DNA of 64,000 nt from Mycobacteriales bacterium (GCA_035690365.1 DASSKP010000034.1:9209-73208), one strand, 5' to 3'; positions 35,270 to 44,043 are shown, numbered from the stretch's first letter. Program-made: numbers and translations. Notes: generated from the letters alone by a model not told the origin.

Positions 35270-35313
35270 TGACGCCCGACTCTTCTCGGTTCTCTGCCGC
35301 TAGTCGGGCGTCA
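35270..35313. terminator. hairpin between convergent genes (bidirectional terminator candidate)
   Basis: Perfect 12-bp arms, TGACGCCCGACT (35270-35281) and AGTCGGGCGTCA (35302-35313), with a 20-nt loop. It overlaps the stop of the minus-strand ORF. Confidence 0.5.
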
Positions 35314-35553
35314 TGAGGTGAACAAGTTCGCGGGCTGCTCCCTGGCGGGTTGATCAGCCGAGATCGTGGCCGTGTCGATGTGGGCGGTGCAGTGCGGACA
35401 GAAGTCCTCCGCTCCGGGAACGAACGGCGTCGGAGCGGCGTAGCGGATCCGACCGGCGCCGCAGGCAGCGACGGTGCGCGTCCGGGGCCCGATCGCGGCG
35501 TGGAGCAGGTTGTCGTCGTCGACGGTGCCGGCGTTGTAGTCCCGGCCGTTCAT
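35311..35553 (-). CDS. small hypothetical protein (80 aa) with a C...CPHC motif
   Basis: GC3 is about 90%. It is the last gene of the LPXTG-XRE operon on the minus strand. I saw no clear RBS. Confidence 0.5.
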   Translation of the reverse strand: MNGRDYNAGTVDDDNLLHAAIGPRTRTVAACGAGRIRYAAPTPFVPGAEDFCPHCTAHIDTATISADQPAREQPANLFTS

Positions 35554-35608
35554 GCGGGCCGCGTCGTGTGCACGGACGGCGCGACGGGCACGCCGGGTTG
35601 GGTGGCAG

Positions 35609-35902
35609 TCACCGGGCGTCGGCGTTCGTCGCCGGCCCGTGCCCCACGAGACGGAGCAGCGTGTCCTCCGGCAAGTCGAGTCCGCAAGCCAACCGCCTCA
35701 ATGTGGTCGGTCGCGGTCGTTTGCCTCGTGTGCCGTTCTTGATGGCAGACACCGTGGCCACCGATAGGCCGGCGCGGGTCGCGACTGTCGTCAGCGTCCA
35801 CCCCGTCTCTGTGAACCTCTCCTGCACGAAACTGGACAGCGACGGCGACGCCTCGGTCGGATATGGATCGTCCGGTACTCGCCGCGGGTGAGGACTGGCC
35901 AT
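35609..35902 (-). CDS. XRE-family helix-turn-helix DNA-binding protein
   Basis: FVQERFTETGWTLTTVATRAGLSVATVSAIKNG is a canonical HTH_3 pattern. ATG 35902 lies 29 nt after the LPXTG gene stop. Confidence 0.75.
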   Translation of the reverse strand: MASPHPRRVPDDPYPTEASPSLSSFVQERFTETGWTLTTVATRAGLSVATVSAIKNGTRGKRPRPTTLRRLACGLDLPEDTLLRLVGHGPATNADAR

Positions 35903-35931
35903 CTGGCTCGCTCGATCCCCGCCCGGTCCTG

Positions 35932-37731
35932 TCAGATCCGCCTTCGCGCGCGTGCGATCGTTGCCGCGACAAGGAGCAGACCGGCGCCGGCCAGCGCGAC
36001 CCAAGGGGACGAGCCGGTGTTGGGCAGGTTGCCTGTGAACGGGATCTTCTTCCCCTCGACGGTTGTCGCCGGCGTCACCGTTGGCGCAACGACCGTGGTG
36101 TGACCGGTCACGGTGGTCACCGACGTCACGCCGGTCACGACTCCGGTGATGCCGCTGCCGCCTCCGTTGGCGCACTTACCGTCGACGAGCGCGACGTTGT
36201 CGGTGAGAGCACCGGCGGCAGAGTCGGTCGGTATGTGCACGGTGATGGACAAGGACTTCGTTCCGTGCGCTGCGATCGGCCCCACGTTGTCCCACGTGAT
36301 GGTGTTGCCGTTGACGGACGACGCGTTGGGGTCCTCACCGACGATGGTGAACTTCACTCCGGTGTCTCCGCTGAGCTGGTCGACGACCTTCGCCGGATCG
36401 AGGACACAGTCGGTCGTGTTGTGCACCGTGATGTCGTAGGTGAAGTCGTGTCCGGCCTGCACGGGGTTGACGTTTGGCACCTTCGTGATCGGGATGGTGC
36501 ATGAGATTCCGCCGGACGGGACGGTGGCGGCGCCTTCCATGTGTCCGATCCGTACGTCGCCGACGTGGACGCCGGTCGACGGGGAACCGACGAGCGCGCT
36601 GACGACGTCGACTGCGCCGGACACCGAGGTGCCGTCGGCCGCTGGCTTGACCGCCGTGTCAGCGCCGATCTCGTGCGGAGGTGTGCCGACCTTCAAGGTC
36701 ACGAGTGGCCCGGCAGGGATCGTCAGGCCGCCCTGGCCGAAGACGTCCTGGAACGTGAACGTCTGACGGTTCACCGTGCCGCCTGACAGGGTGTCGACCT
36801 CGAGGATGTTGGTGTTGTAGGTGCCGGGGACAGGTCCGTACTGCACGTATGCGCTGCCAGGGACGCCGCCGGCGACTGCCCTGAACTCCCATGTGCCGAG
36901 GACGCGGATCGTCACCTCGTTGCTGGTGCCTTGGAAGAGCGTGACGGGCGCGATCGTTTCGAGGGTTTCCGCCAGGACACCGTTGCCATCGGACGCCAAC
37001 GACTGGCCGTTCGGCTTGGTCGGTGCGGCCAGGAGGGTGAAGGACTTCGCGTCCGATGTGTCAGCTGCGGGGGAGATGGGGGTCTCGGCGCCGATCAGCG
37101 GGTCGTTCATCGGGTTGTCGGAGGCGGCGCTCTGGCTGAGCACCTGGGCATCGACTGCGTAGCCCTCGCCGTAGCTGATCGGCGCGGAACCGAGCGGGCA
37201 GGTGGAGCCCGACGGCCACTGCGCCGCAGCCAAGCCGCGGGCAGCCTGGGCGTAGGCCAGCGGTGCTGCCGGGACCGTCACCAGGTTGCTGTCGTCCTGG
37301 GTCGTCGGCGGCGCCGAAACCTGAACCTTGCTCACGGGGATCTGTGGAGACCCCGCCGGGATGTTCTGGCCGAGGCCGACCTCTAGCCCGGAGCCGCGTC
37401 CGAAGCTGCGGTTGCCCGCGAGCTTGCCGCCCGCCGGCAGCTTGGGCTGAACGATCTGGCCCATCTCGTTGACGATCTGTGCCGGGGCGCCGCCGGCGCC
37501 CGTTCCCTGCGAGGCGACGGATGCCCCTGAGAAGGCCACCTCGGCATTGGCCACCTGAGGGCCACTGCTCGACGCTTGCAGCAGGTCGGCATGGACATCG
37601 GTTCCGGTCGCGTAGGCGTGGAACGACGCCGAAGGCCACGGGACTTGCGCCTCAACGGGCGCGGCCGACCACGCGAGCCCTGCGGCCAAGAGCGCGATGA
37701 CTGCGGTGAATGAATAGCGGATCCTGCGCAT
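35932..37731 (-). CDS. LPXTG-anchored cell-surface protein with a DUF11-like conserved repeat domain
   Basis: AGGAG RBS and signal peptide MRRIRYSFTAVIALLAAGLAWSAAPVEA. The C-terminus has LPNTG, a TM helix and an RARRRI tail. The DUF11-like segment reads PVQAGHDFTYDITVHNT...ITWDNVGPIAAHGTKSLSITV. Confidence 0.88.
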   Translation of the reverse strand: MRRIRYSFTAVIALLAAGLAWSAAPVEAQVPWPSASFHAYATGTDVHADLLQASSSGPQVANAEVAFSGASVASQGTGAGGAPAQIVNEMGQIVQPKLPAGGKLAGNRSFGRGSGLEVGLGQNIPAGSPQIPVSKVQVSAPPTTQDDSNLVTVPAAPLAYAQAARGLAAAQWPSGSTCPLGSAPISYGEGYAVDAQVLSQSAASDNPMNDPLIGAETPISPAADTSDAKSFTLLAAPTKPNGQSLASDGNGVLAETLETIAPVTLFQGTSNEVTIRVLGTWEFRAVAGGVPGSAYVQYGPVPGTYNTNILEVDTLSGGTVNRQTFTFQDVFGQGGLTIPAGPLVTLKVGTPPHEIGADTAVKPAADGTSVSGAVDVVSALVGSPSTGVHVGDVRIGHMEGAATVPSGGISCTIPITKVPNVNPVQAGHDFTYDITVHNTTDCVLDPAKVVDQLSGDTGVKFTIVGEDPNASSVNGNTITWDNVGPIAAHGTKSLSITVHIPTDSAAGALTDNVALVDGKCANGGGSGITGVVTGVTSVTTVTGHTTVVAPTVTPATTVEGKKIPFTGNLPNTGSSPWVALAGAGLLLVAATIARARRRI

Positions 37732-37767
37732 CGCGACTCCTCGACAGCTTCCCCCGATGTTCCGCGA

Positions 37768-37796
37768 ACTGTAGAAGTGTAGAAATGCGTTGACAA
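37768..37796 (-). promoter_or_regulatory. sigma70-type promoter candidate TTGTCA-N17-TACAGT for the LPXTG operon
   Basis: It sits in an AT-rich patch. On the minus strand the -35 is 37796-37791 and the -10 is 37773-37768, about 35 nt upstream of ATG 37731. Confidence 0.45.
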
Positions 37797-38055
37797 GGGA
37801 CGTAGAGAAAAATTTCCGGACAACGGTCATCGGATTCAATGGCGGCGCGGAAGTCGTCGGAGCGTCAGGTGGAGAACGACGCGGCCGGGCAGTCGAGCGC
37901 GTTCCGATGCATACGCTCGGCCGATCGCGCTCACTGCCTCGTCGTCACCGCGGCCAATCGCCAGCAGGATCTCGCGGACGGACCGGTCAGCAGTATCGAG
38001 CGCTTTCTCGGCTCGCCCGGGGCGCGCCCGGTTGAGGTGCACAGAACGTCCGTCG

Positions 38056-38271
38056 TCAGGCCAAGCCGACGTCCCGCGTCGCGGCGAGGACGGCATCCTG
38101 CAACCACAGCGCGTCTGCGACGGACAGGTCGACGTAGCTCTTCCCATCCAGCGCCAGTTGTTCGAGGTCGATGCGCACAACCGCCGGGCCGTCGATGTAT
38201 CGGACGACGGACACGGAGATGGCAACGTCGTCGAGCTGCGCTGCGCGCGCCGTAACGAATCCAGCAGTCAT
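38056..38271 (-). CDS. small hypothetical protein (71 aa)
   Basis: GC3 is about 82%. There is no recognisable motif and only a weak RBS. A second possible small ORF follows in another frame (GTG about 38040 to 37836). Confidence 0.3.
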   Translation of the reverse strand: MTAGFVTARAAQLDDVAISVSVVRYIDGPAVVRIDLEQLALDGKSYVDLSVADALWLQDAVLAATRDVGLA

Positions 38272-38423
38272 GTCGAGAACCGTCTTCCGATAGGGGTTAC
38301 CGTCGGTTACACCCCGAAACGACCAACATGTCGCTCGGTGACGGGCTGCCGGGTGTGAAACGCGCTGATGCGGACGACCGCTGCGGTGGATTGCTGCTCA
38401 CTGGGACAACTCGGCTGTCGGGG

Positions 38424-38597
38424 TTACGGGCCTGGGACGCATATCTCAGGAGTGGCGGGCAGCTGCGTGCCGCCGACATTGATCACGATGGGCTCGACGC
38501 AGTAGATCGTCTGCGGCGATGTGTCCTCCGCCGCCGCGGGGGCGGCCGTAAGCGCACAGAACCCCAGGGCCACGGCGAGAGCCACGGTCGTCCTCAT
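38424..38597 (-). CDS. small secreted peptide (57 aa precursor; mature form about 34 aa with two Cys), not in the ORF track
   Basis: AGGAG lies 6 nt before ATG 38597. Translation: MRTTVALAVALGFCALTAAPAAA/EDTSPQTIYCVEPIVINVGGTQLPATPEICVPGP. It has a Sec-type signal with an AxA site and is divergent from the ECF sigma gene. Confidence 0.5.
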   Translation of the reverse strand: MRTTVALAVALGFCALTAAPAAAEDTSPQTIYCVEPIVINVGGTQLPATPEICVPGP

Positions 38598-38707
38598 GCC
38601 TACTCCTACGCGCAGCTCCCCAGGATCAGGCGCGGGATTTCTGGGCGAAGGAGGGGCGCGGAGGCCGACGCTCCGGACCTACACTTCCGGTTCCTCGAGG
38701 GAGTGAC

Positions 38708-39616
38708 ATGTGTGACACCGAAGGGCGCTGGGACCGCATCGCCTCCCACCGGGACAGCTTGCTGGTGATCGCGAGGCGCCGGACGCTGTCTGCCGCGGAC
38801 GCCGAGGACGTTGTCCAGGAAGCCATGGCGCGGGCAGCGCAGAAACGGGATCTCGACCTCGATAATGCTGGTGCGTGGCTTACCAGAGTCGTCATCAACC
38901 TCTGTATCGACATCCAGCGCCGGCGGGCGCGCACGTTGCCGATCGAGCACATCGCGGCGACAGCTTGGACTCGCGGGCATGAAGAGCGCGTGTGTGATCA
39001 GGAAGAAGCTCGCTGGGTTGCAGCGCAGACCGCATTGCTGCCACCGAAGCAGCGGGCAGCCCTGCTTCTCCGTGCATCGGGTCGCAGCGTGGACGAACTC
39101 GCAAGGGAATTGGGTGTCACGCGCTCAGCGGGCGAAGCGGCCCTCAAGCGCGCTCGCGTGGCCCTGCGCGGGAAATTGGCGGCGACATACTCCGCGGTCG
39201 GTGTCGTAGTCGGCGTCGTCAACCCGCGGCGATCCCACGCGACCGCCCTAGCCGTTGTTGCAACGTCGGCGACATGCTTCGTCGCATCCCCGTCACATGC
39301 CGGTGAACATGCGGGTGTCGTGGCCACGGTGCCCGGAGTGCGCAGCCGCAACGTGGTCGACCTCCCGCGAACGATCACGTCCTCGTCGCGCGAGGCATCT
39401 TCATCGCGGACGATCTCACTGCGCGAGAACGCCGAGCGGTTACTCCGACCGCAACCTGGTTACGTCGTGAAGCCGGTGTCGGCTCGGACGACCGTGGCCG
39501 GCATGCACGGTGGCGGCGTTACCGCCAGTCACCAACAAGACGGCCCCGTGGACTCAGTTCGCTGGTGCCTGGCGACAATGACGATCACGCCGCGACACAT
39601 TGGGTGCAGGAATTAG
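38708..39616 (+). CDS. ECF-type sigma-70 family factor with a C-terminal extension of about 140 aa
   Basis: GAGGGAG RBS. Region 2 reads DAEDVVQEAMARA...WLTRVVINLCIDIQRRR. Region 4 reads LPPKQRAALLLRASGRSVDELARELGVTRSAGEAALKRAR. A hydrophobic stretch and an uncharacterised tail follow. Confidence 0.8.
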   Translation: MCDTEGRWDRIASHRDSLLVIARRRTLSAADAEDVVQEAMARAAQKRDLDLDNAGAWLTRVVINLCIDIQRRRARTLPIEHIAATAWTRGHEERVCDQEEARWVAAQTALLPPKQRAALLLRASGRSVDELARELGVTRSAGEAALKRARVALRGKLAATYSAVGVVVGVVNPRRSHATALAVVATSATCFVASPSHAGEHAGVVATVPGVRSRNVVDLPRTITSSSREASSSRTISLRENAERLLRPQPGYVVKPVSARTTVAGMHGGGVTASHQQDGPVDSVRWCLATMTITPRHIGCRN

Positions 39617-39751
39617 CTTGGGCCTCTGCACGGCATAGCCGCGGCACGTACTTCATGTCCGGGCGAGCCGGCGACGTCGTGCGCTTCGGTCGAGCGTAAC
39701 CAGATGTATCCCTGATCGTTGAGCGGGAATAGGCCGCAGCCACGGGGAGGC

Positions 39752-39946
39752 ATGGTGAGCTCAGTCGTGATCCGCCCGTTCGAGTACCGGTGGCGGTTGT
39801 CAGCCGTCCAAGCCGCGGAGTGGGAAGCCGAGATGGCGGGCCGCTACGGCGAGGCCGGGGCGCTTCGCCTGGCTGTTCAGGTGCTGGAGTCGCTGATCGC
39901 GGACGAGGCAGCGGCACCTACACGCCATCGACCGAGTCGGCACTGA
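39752..39946 (+). CDS. small hypothetical protein (64 aa)
   Basis: GGGGAGG lies immediately upstream of ATG 39752 / GTG 39755. GC3 is high and there is no recognisable motif. Confidence 0.3.
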   Translation: MVSSVVIRPFEYRWRLSAVQAAEWEAEMAGRYGEAGALRLAVQVLESLIADEAAAPTRHRPSRH

Positions 39947-40051
39947 ACCAGCGCAAGGTGGCCTGCGACGGCCTGCGCGCTGTGCTCCGGCAGGCCCAGC
40001 TCCTCAGGTTTCGGATCGCCTTCTGAACGCGCCCTGTCCGTCACGCCACCA

Positions 40052-40540
40052 TCATGCGCGAGGGTCTTGCAGCGATTTGAGGATGTCTTCGACAGCGTCG
40101 AGGCTGGCTTGCTGACCGTCGAACGTGGTCATGTGGGCACGGCCGGCCTTGTCGCGGAAGGCCAGGCTGATCGTCAGCGTCGTCACTCCGTCGGCTTCGT
40201 GCAGCTGCATGGTCTCGACTGCTTCCGCGTCCGGCCAGCCTTCGAACAGCCACGTTTCCATGGTCCGGGTCGGCGGCTCGATCTCTAGGTAGGTCCCCCG
40301 AAACGAGCACACCGTGCCGTCCTGGGTCACCAAGGAGTAGTGGTAGCGCCCGCCGACACGCAGGTCGATCGAGCACTCCGTCATCCGGTCCGGGGGTGTA
40401 GCGCCCCACCGACTCACGTGTTCTGGGTTTGTCAAGACGTCGAAGACGAGCGCGATCGGGGCATCGAACTGGCGAGTGGTGACAATCTCGAGTTCATTGG
40501 GGAACTCGATGACTTCCGACTGATGCCGGCTAGAGGCCAC
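40052..40540 (-). CDS. SRPBCC family protein (AHSA1/Aha1-like)
   Basis: It overlaps the upstream ArsR gene by 11 nt, the classic ArsR-SRPBCC pairing. The pattern ITTRQFDAPIALVFDVLTNPEHVSRW is characteristic. Confidence 0.8.
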   Translation of the reverse strand: MASSRHQSEVIEFPNELEIVTTRQFDAPIALVFDVLTNPEHVSRWGATPPDRMTECSIDLRVGGRYHYSLVTQDGTVCSFRGTYLEIEPPTRTMETWLFEGWPDAEAVETMQLHEADGVTTLTISLAFRDKAGRAHMTTFDGQQASLDAVEDILKSLQDPRA

Positions 40541-40877
40541 TGCCGTCTCCTCGTCGTTGGAGTTCTTGGAGGTAGTCGTCGAGCCGATCCAGTCGGTCGT
40601 TGATGACCCGCTCGTACTTGGTCACCCAGTCGTGCAAGGGCCGAAGGCGCTCCGGTGCCAAGCTGTACAGCCGGTGACGACCCTCAGCCCGGCGTTTGAC
40701 GAGTCCCACCTCGCTGAGCACCCGGAGATGGTTCGAGACCTGCGGTTGAGACATCGAGAGACTGTCCACGATCGCGCCGACCGACTTCTCGCCCGCGATC
40801 AGCACATCCAGGATGTCGCGGCGGTGGACGTCGCCGAGGGCGTTGAAGACATCCGACGTCGTAGAAGCGCGGGCCAC
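40530..40877 (-). CDS. ArsR/SmtB family transcriptional regulator
   Basis: FNALGDVHRRDILDVL...SQPQVSNHLRVLSEVGLVKRRAEGRHRLYSL. Confidence 0.88.
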   Translation of the reverse strand: MARASTTSDVFNALGDVHRRDILDVLIAGEKSVGAIVDSLSMSQPQVSNHLRVLSEVGLVKRRAEGRHRLYSLAPERLRPLHDWVTKYERVINDRLDRLDDYLQELQRRGDGSGL

Positions 40878-40883
40878 CCGGCA

Positions 40884-40911
40884 AACATATTTCGATACCG
40901 CAATATGTCAA
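40884..40911 (-). promoter_or_regulatory. promoter TTGACA-N16-TATGTT with embedded inverted repeat ACATATT-N10-AATATGT; candidate ArsR operator and leaderless start
   Basis: On the minus strand the -35 is 40911-40906 and the -10 is 40889-40884. GTG 40877 lies 6 nt downstream with no SD. The IR arms are 40885-40891 and 40902-40908. Confidence 0.5.
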
Positions 40912-40967
40912 CGGGCCTCCTCCGGTGTCAGTAGGAGTCGGGACATCCGGCGTCGAAGTCCCGAGGC

Positions 40968-42389
40968 ATGCGCCGACTGCTCGCTGCCCTGGCCCTGCTC
41001 GCCTCCGTCGCCGTTCCCGCGGGCGTGCTGCCCGCCGGAGCTCAGACCGCCACCAAGGCGCCGTACGCCGGCCCGACCCCGGACATCGGTTGTGACAAGG
41101 GCTCGATGCCGGAGAAGGTCCAGGGCAAGGCGCCGAAGGCCGACTACGCCAGCGGTCGCGCGGCGAAGGGCTACTTCTGCAACGCGCGGGAGCTGAGCCA
41201 CTTCGGCGCGTCCGGTGGCTACCGCGTCGAGCGCTACTCCGACAACACCGGTCACGAGTGCGCGTTCTGGGACTCGACGTTGCTCTTCCCGACCAACGTC
41301 CCGGATGAGGGCACCGAGGGTCCGGGTGTCTATGTCATGGACATGCACGACCCGAAGCACCCGGTGCACACCGACACGTTGCGCACCCCCGCGATGCAGT
41401 CACCGCACGAGTCGTTGCGGCTGAACCAGAAGCGCGGCCTGCTGGTCGCCGACATGGGCTACCCGACGGCCAACCCGGGATTCGTCGACGTCTACTCGGT
41501 CAAGCAGGACTGCCGTCATCCCGTCCTCGAATCCTCGACGCCGATGGGCATCCTCGGTCACGAGGGCGGCTTCGCGCCCGACGGCAACACTTTCTACGTC
41601 GCATCGCTCTACTTCCACTCGCTGACCGCCGTCGACCTCAGCAACCCGCAGGCGCCGACGATTCTGTGGGCGTCGTTCGACTACCAGCCGCACGGTGTCT
41701 CGATCAGTGCGGATGGCAACCGGCTCTACATGGCCGAGGCCGGGTTCCAGAGCTCCGACTTCAGCGGCCTGACGATCCTCGACGTCAGCCAGATCCAGAA
41801 GCGGGTGCTCAACCCGACCGTGCCGGTCGTGTCACGGTTGACGTGGAAGCAGGTCAGCACTCCGCAGAACGCCACGCCGTTCACGAGTCACGGCCACAAG
41901 TACCTCCTCGAGACCGACGAGTTCGGCAGCGGCGCCAACATCGGCGCGGCGCGCATCATCGACATCAAGGACGAGAAGAAGCCGTTCGTCGTGTCCAACC
42001 TGCGGCTCGCGGTCGACAAGGGCGGTCAGACCACCGACCCCGGCGACGACCAGCCGTTCCAGGGCTACCAGGGCCACTACTGCTCGTTGCCGAGCCGGGT
42101 CGACCCCTACATCGTCGCGTGCAGCTTCATCATGTCCGGCCTGCGCGTCTTCGACATCCGCGACGTCGCGCACCCGAAGGAGATCGCCTACTTCAACAAG
42201 CCGCTGATGCCCGGCGCTGGCAGCCTGCCCACCAAGGCCGGCTCGTTCGCGATGTCCGCACCGGCGTACGACGAGAAGACACACGACATCTGGTACACCG
42301 ATGGCAACACCGGCTTCTACGTCGTCCGACTGACGCCGCACGCCGGCGCCGCGAAGTTCGCGCGGCAGATCAGCCTTCCCGGCAACTGA
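40968..42389 (+). CDS. secreted protein, probably beta-propeller (LVIVD-repeat-like), unknown function
   Basis: Signal peptide MRRLLAALALLASVAVPAGVLPAGA. Recurring strand motifs are GLLVADMG, GNTFYVASL, GNRLYMAEAG and HKYLLETDE. Confidence 0.8.
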   Translation: MRRLLAALALLASVAVPAGVLPAGAQTATKAPYAGPTPDIGCDKGSMPEKVQGKAPKADYASGRAAKGYFCNARELSHFGASGGYRVERYSDNTGHECAFWDSTLLFPTNVPDEGTEGPGVYVMDMHDPKHPVHTDTLRTPAMQSPHESLRLNQKRGLLVADMGYPTANPGFVDVYSVKQDCRHPVLESSTPMGILGHEGGFAPDGNTFYVASLYFHSLTAVDLSNPQAPTILWASFDYQPHGVSISADGNRLYMAEAGFQSSDFSGLTILDVSQIQKRVLNPTVPVVSRLTWKQVSTPQNATPFTSHGHKYLLETDEFGSGANIGAARIIDIKDEKKPFVVSNLRLAVDKGGQTTDPGDDQPFQGYQGHYCSLPSRVDPYIVACSFIMSGLRVFDIRDVAHPKEIAYFNKPLMPGAGSLPTKAGSFAMSAPAYDEKTHDIWYTDGNTGFYVVRLTPHAGAAKFARQISLPGN

Positions 42390-42399
42390 TGCCGTCACC

Positions 42400-42418
42400 G
42401 GGCCGATGACTTCGGCCC
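42400..42418 (+). terminator. hairpin GGGCCGA-tgact-TCGGCCC just after the stop
   Basis: Perfect 7-bp GC-rich stem with a 5-nt loop, 10 nt after stop 42389. There is no U-tract. Confidence 0.45.
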
Positions 42419-42503
42419 GCGCGGGACGTCGTACGAGGGAAATTGGCGCGCAAACTGTCGGTGGACTCTGACAGTCTGCGGCTGACCTCGAAGGGACGCC
42501 CCG

Positions 42504-44027
42504 ATGACGACGACTGCTGCAGCCAGCGCGAGCGCCGACGGCCAGGCCGACCCACGCCGTTGGAAGGCGCTGGGCGTGCTGGCGCTGATCCAGTTCATGC
42601 TCATTTTGGACGTCACGGTCGTCAACGTCGCGCTGCCGCAGATCCAGCACGACCTCGGCTTCACGCGCGCCGGGCTCGCCTGGGTCGTCAACGGCTACGT
42701 TCTGATGGCGGGCGGCTTCCTGCTGCTGGGCGGACGGTTGGCCGACATCCTCGGTCGCCGGCGGCTCTTCCTGCTGGGCGTCGCCCTCTTCGCGGTCGCG
42801 TCCGCGACGTGCGGTGCAGCCGTCGATCCGGCGATGCTGGTCGTGTCCCGGTTCGTGCAGGGTCTCGGCGAGGCGCTCGCGGCTCCGGCCTCGCTCGGCC
42901 TGATCGCTCTGCTGTTCCCGGACCCGCGTGAGCGGATGAAGGCGCTGGGCATGTGGGGCGGCATCGCCGGCCTCGGCGGCACGTCCGGCACGGTCATCTC
43001 CGGCGTGCTGGTCAACTACGCGTCGTGGCGCTGGATCTTCTTCGTCAACCTGCCGGTAGCGCTCGTCGCCTTGCTGCTCGTGCCACGGCTGGTCTCGGAG
43101 AGCCGGATGGTGCGCGAGCACGCCCGGCCTGACTACCTCGGAGCAGTCACCGGCACGGCCGGTCTGATCCTCGTCGTCGACGGCCTGCTCAACGCTGCGC
43201 CGCCCCACGCCTGGGGCGACTGGCAGGCATGGGGTCCGCTGACCGCCGGCATTGCGTTGCTGGTGCTCATGCTCTGGATCGAGTCGCGCTCGACCGCACC
43301 GCTGATCCCGCTGTCGTTCTTCAGCAACCGCACCCGCGTCGTGACCAACTTCGTCACGCTGTTCTTCTCCTCGTCGTTCTTCAGCTACTTCTTCCTGCTG
43401 ACGTTGTTCGAGCAGCAGATCCTCGGCTGGTCGCCACTCAAAGGCGGTTTGTCCTATCTGCCGTTCGGTTTCAGCATCGGCGCAGGCATCGGCCTCGGCA
43501 CGGCTCTCATGCCGCGTGTCGGCGTCAAGCCGCTGCTCTCGGCGGGCTTCTTCGGATGCGCCGTCGGGCTGTGGCTCACGAGCGGGCTCGACGTCAGCTC
43601 GTCCTACGTCGGCGGCATCATGCCGGGCATGATCGTGCTCGGCTTCTTCTCCGGTGTCAGCTTTCCGGCGATCGGCAACGCGGCCCTGCACGAGGTGACC
43701 GGCCAGGACTCCTCGCTCGCGTCCGGTGTGCAGAACGCCATGCAGCAGGTCGGCGGCGCGATCGGCTTGTCCTCGCTCGTCACCATTGCGCTGCGCCATG
43801 CGGCCGGTGAGGCGCACGGCGGCGTGTCCGCAGCCGTTGCGTCGACGTCCGGTTATGCGTTGTCGTGGCGGATCGGCGCCGTGCTCCTCGTCATCGGAGG
43901 AATCCTCGTGCTCGGCTTGCTCGAGCATGTCCTCGCCATTCCGCGCAACCCTGAGGCCGAGCTGATCGCGCAGCCGGCGTCGCCGATGCCGACGGCGGGG
44001 ACGCCGCTTGGCGTTACCGACGGGTAG
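42504..44027 (+). CDS. MFS transporter, DHA2 (EmrB/QacA-like) family
   Basis: LALIQFMLILDVTVVNVALPQIQHDLGF and GGRLADILGRRR motifs, with about 14 TM segments. Confidence 0.88.
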   Translation: MTTTAAASASADGQADPRRWKALGVLALIQFMLILDVTVVNVALPQIQHDLGFTRAGLAWVVNGYVLMAGGFLLLGGRLADILGRRRLFLLGVALFAVASATCGAAVDPAMLVVSRFVQGLGEALAAPASLGLIALLFPDPRERMKALGMWGGIAGLGGTSGTVISGVLVNYASWRWIFFVNLPVALVALLLVPRLVSESRMVREHARPDYLGAVTGTAGLILVVDGLLNAAPPHAWGDWQAWGPLTAGIALLVLMLWIESRSTAPLIPLSFFSNRTRVVTNFVTLFFSSSFFSYFFLLTLFEQQILGWSPLKGGLSYLPFGFSIGAGIGLGTALMPRVGVKPLLSAGFFGCAVGLWLTSGLDVSSSYVGGIMPGMIVLGFFSGVSFPAIGNAALHEVTGQDSSLASGVQNAMQQVGGAIGLSSLVTIALRHAAGEAHGGVSAAVASTSGYALSWRIGAVLLVIGGILVLGLLEHVLAIPRNPEAELIAQPASPMPTAGTPLGVTDG

Positions 44028-44043
44028 CCGATAAGCAGAGGCC

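Noticed and set aside
38666-38694. ECF-type promoter GGAACC...CGTC on the minus strand upstream of the small secreted peptide gene.
   Set aside because: The spacing between GGAAC and CGTC is 19-20 nt, whereas ECF promoters usually have 16-17 nt. I do not consider it supported.
37740-40050. Lower-GC patch, considered as a mobile element or genomic island with integrase.
   Set aside because: I could find no transposase, integrase, tRNA attachment site or flanking direct/inverted repeats. I describe it only as an accessory-looking patch.
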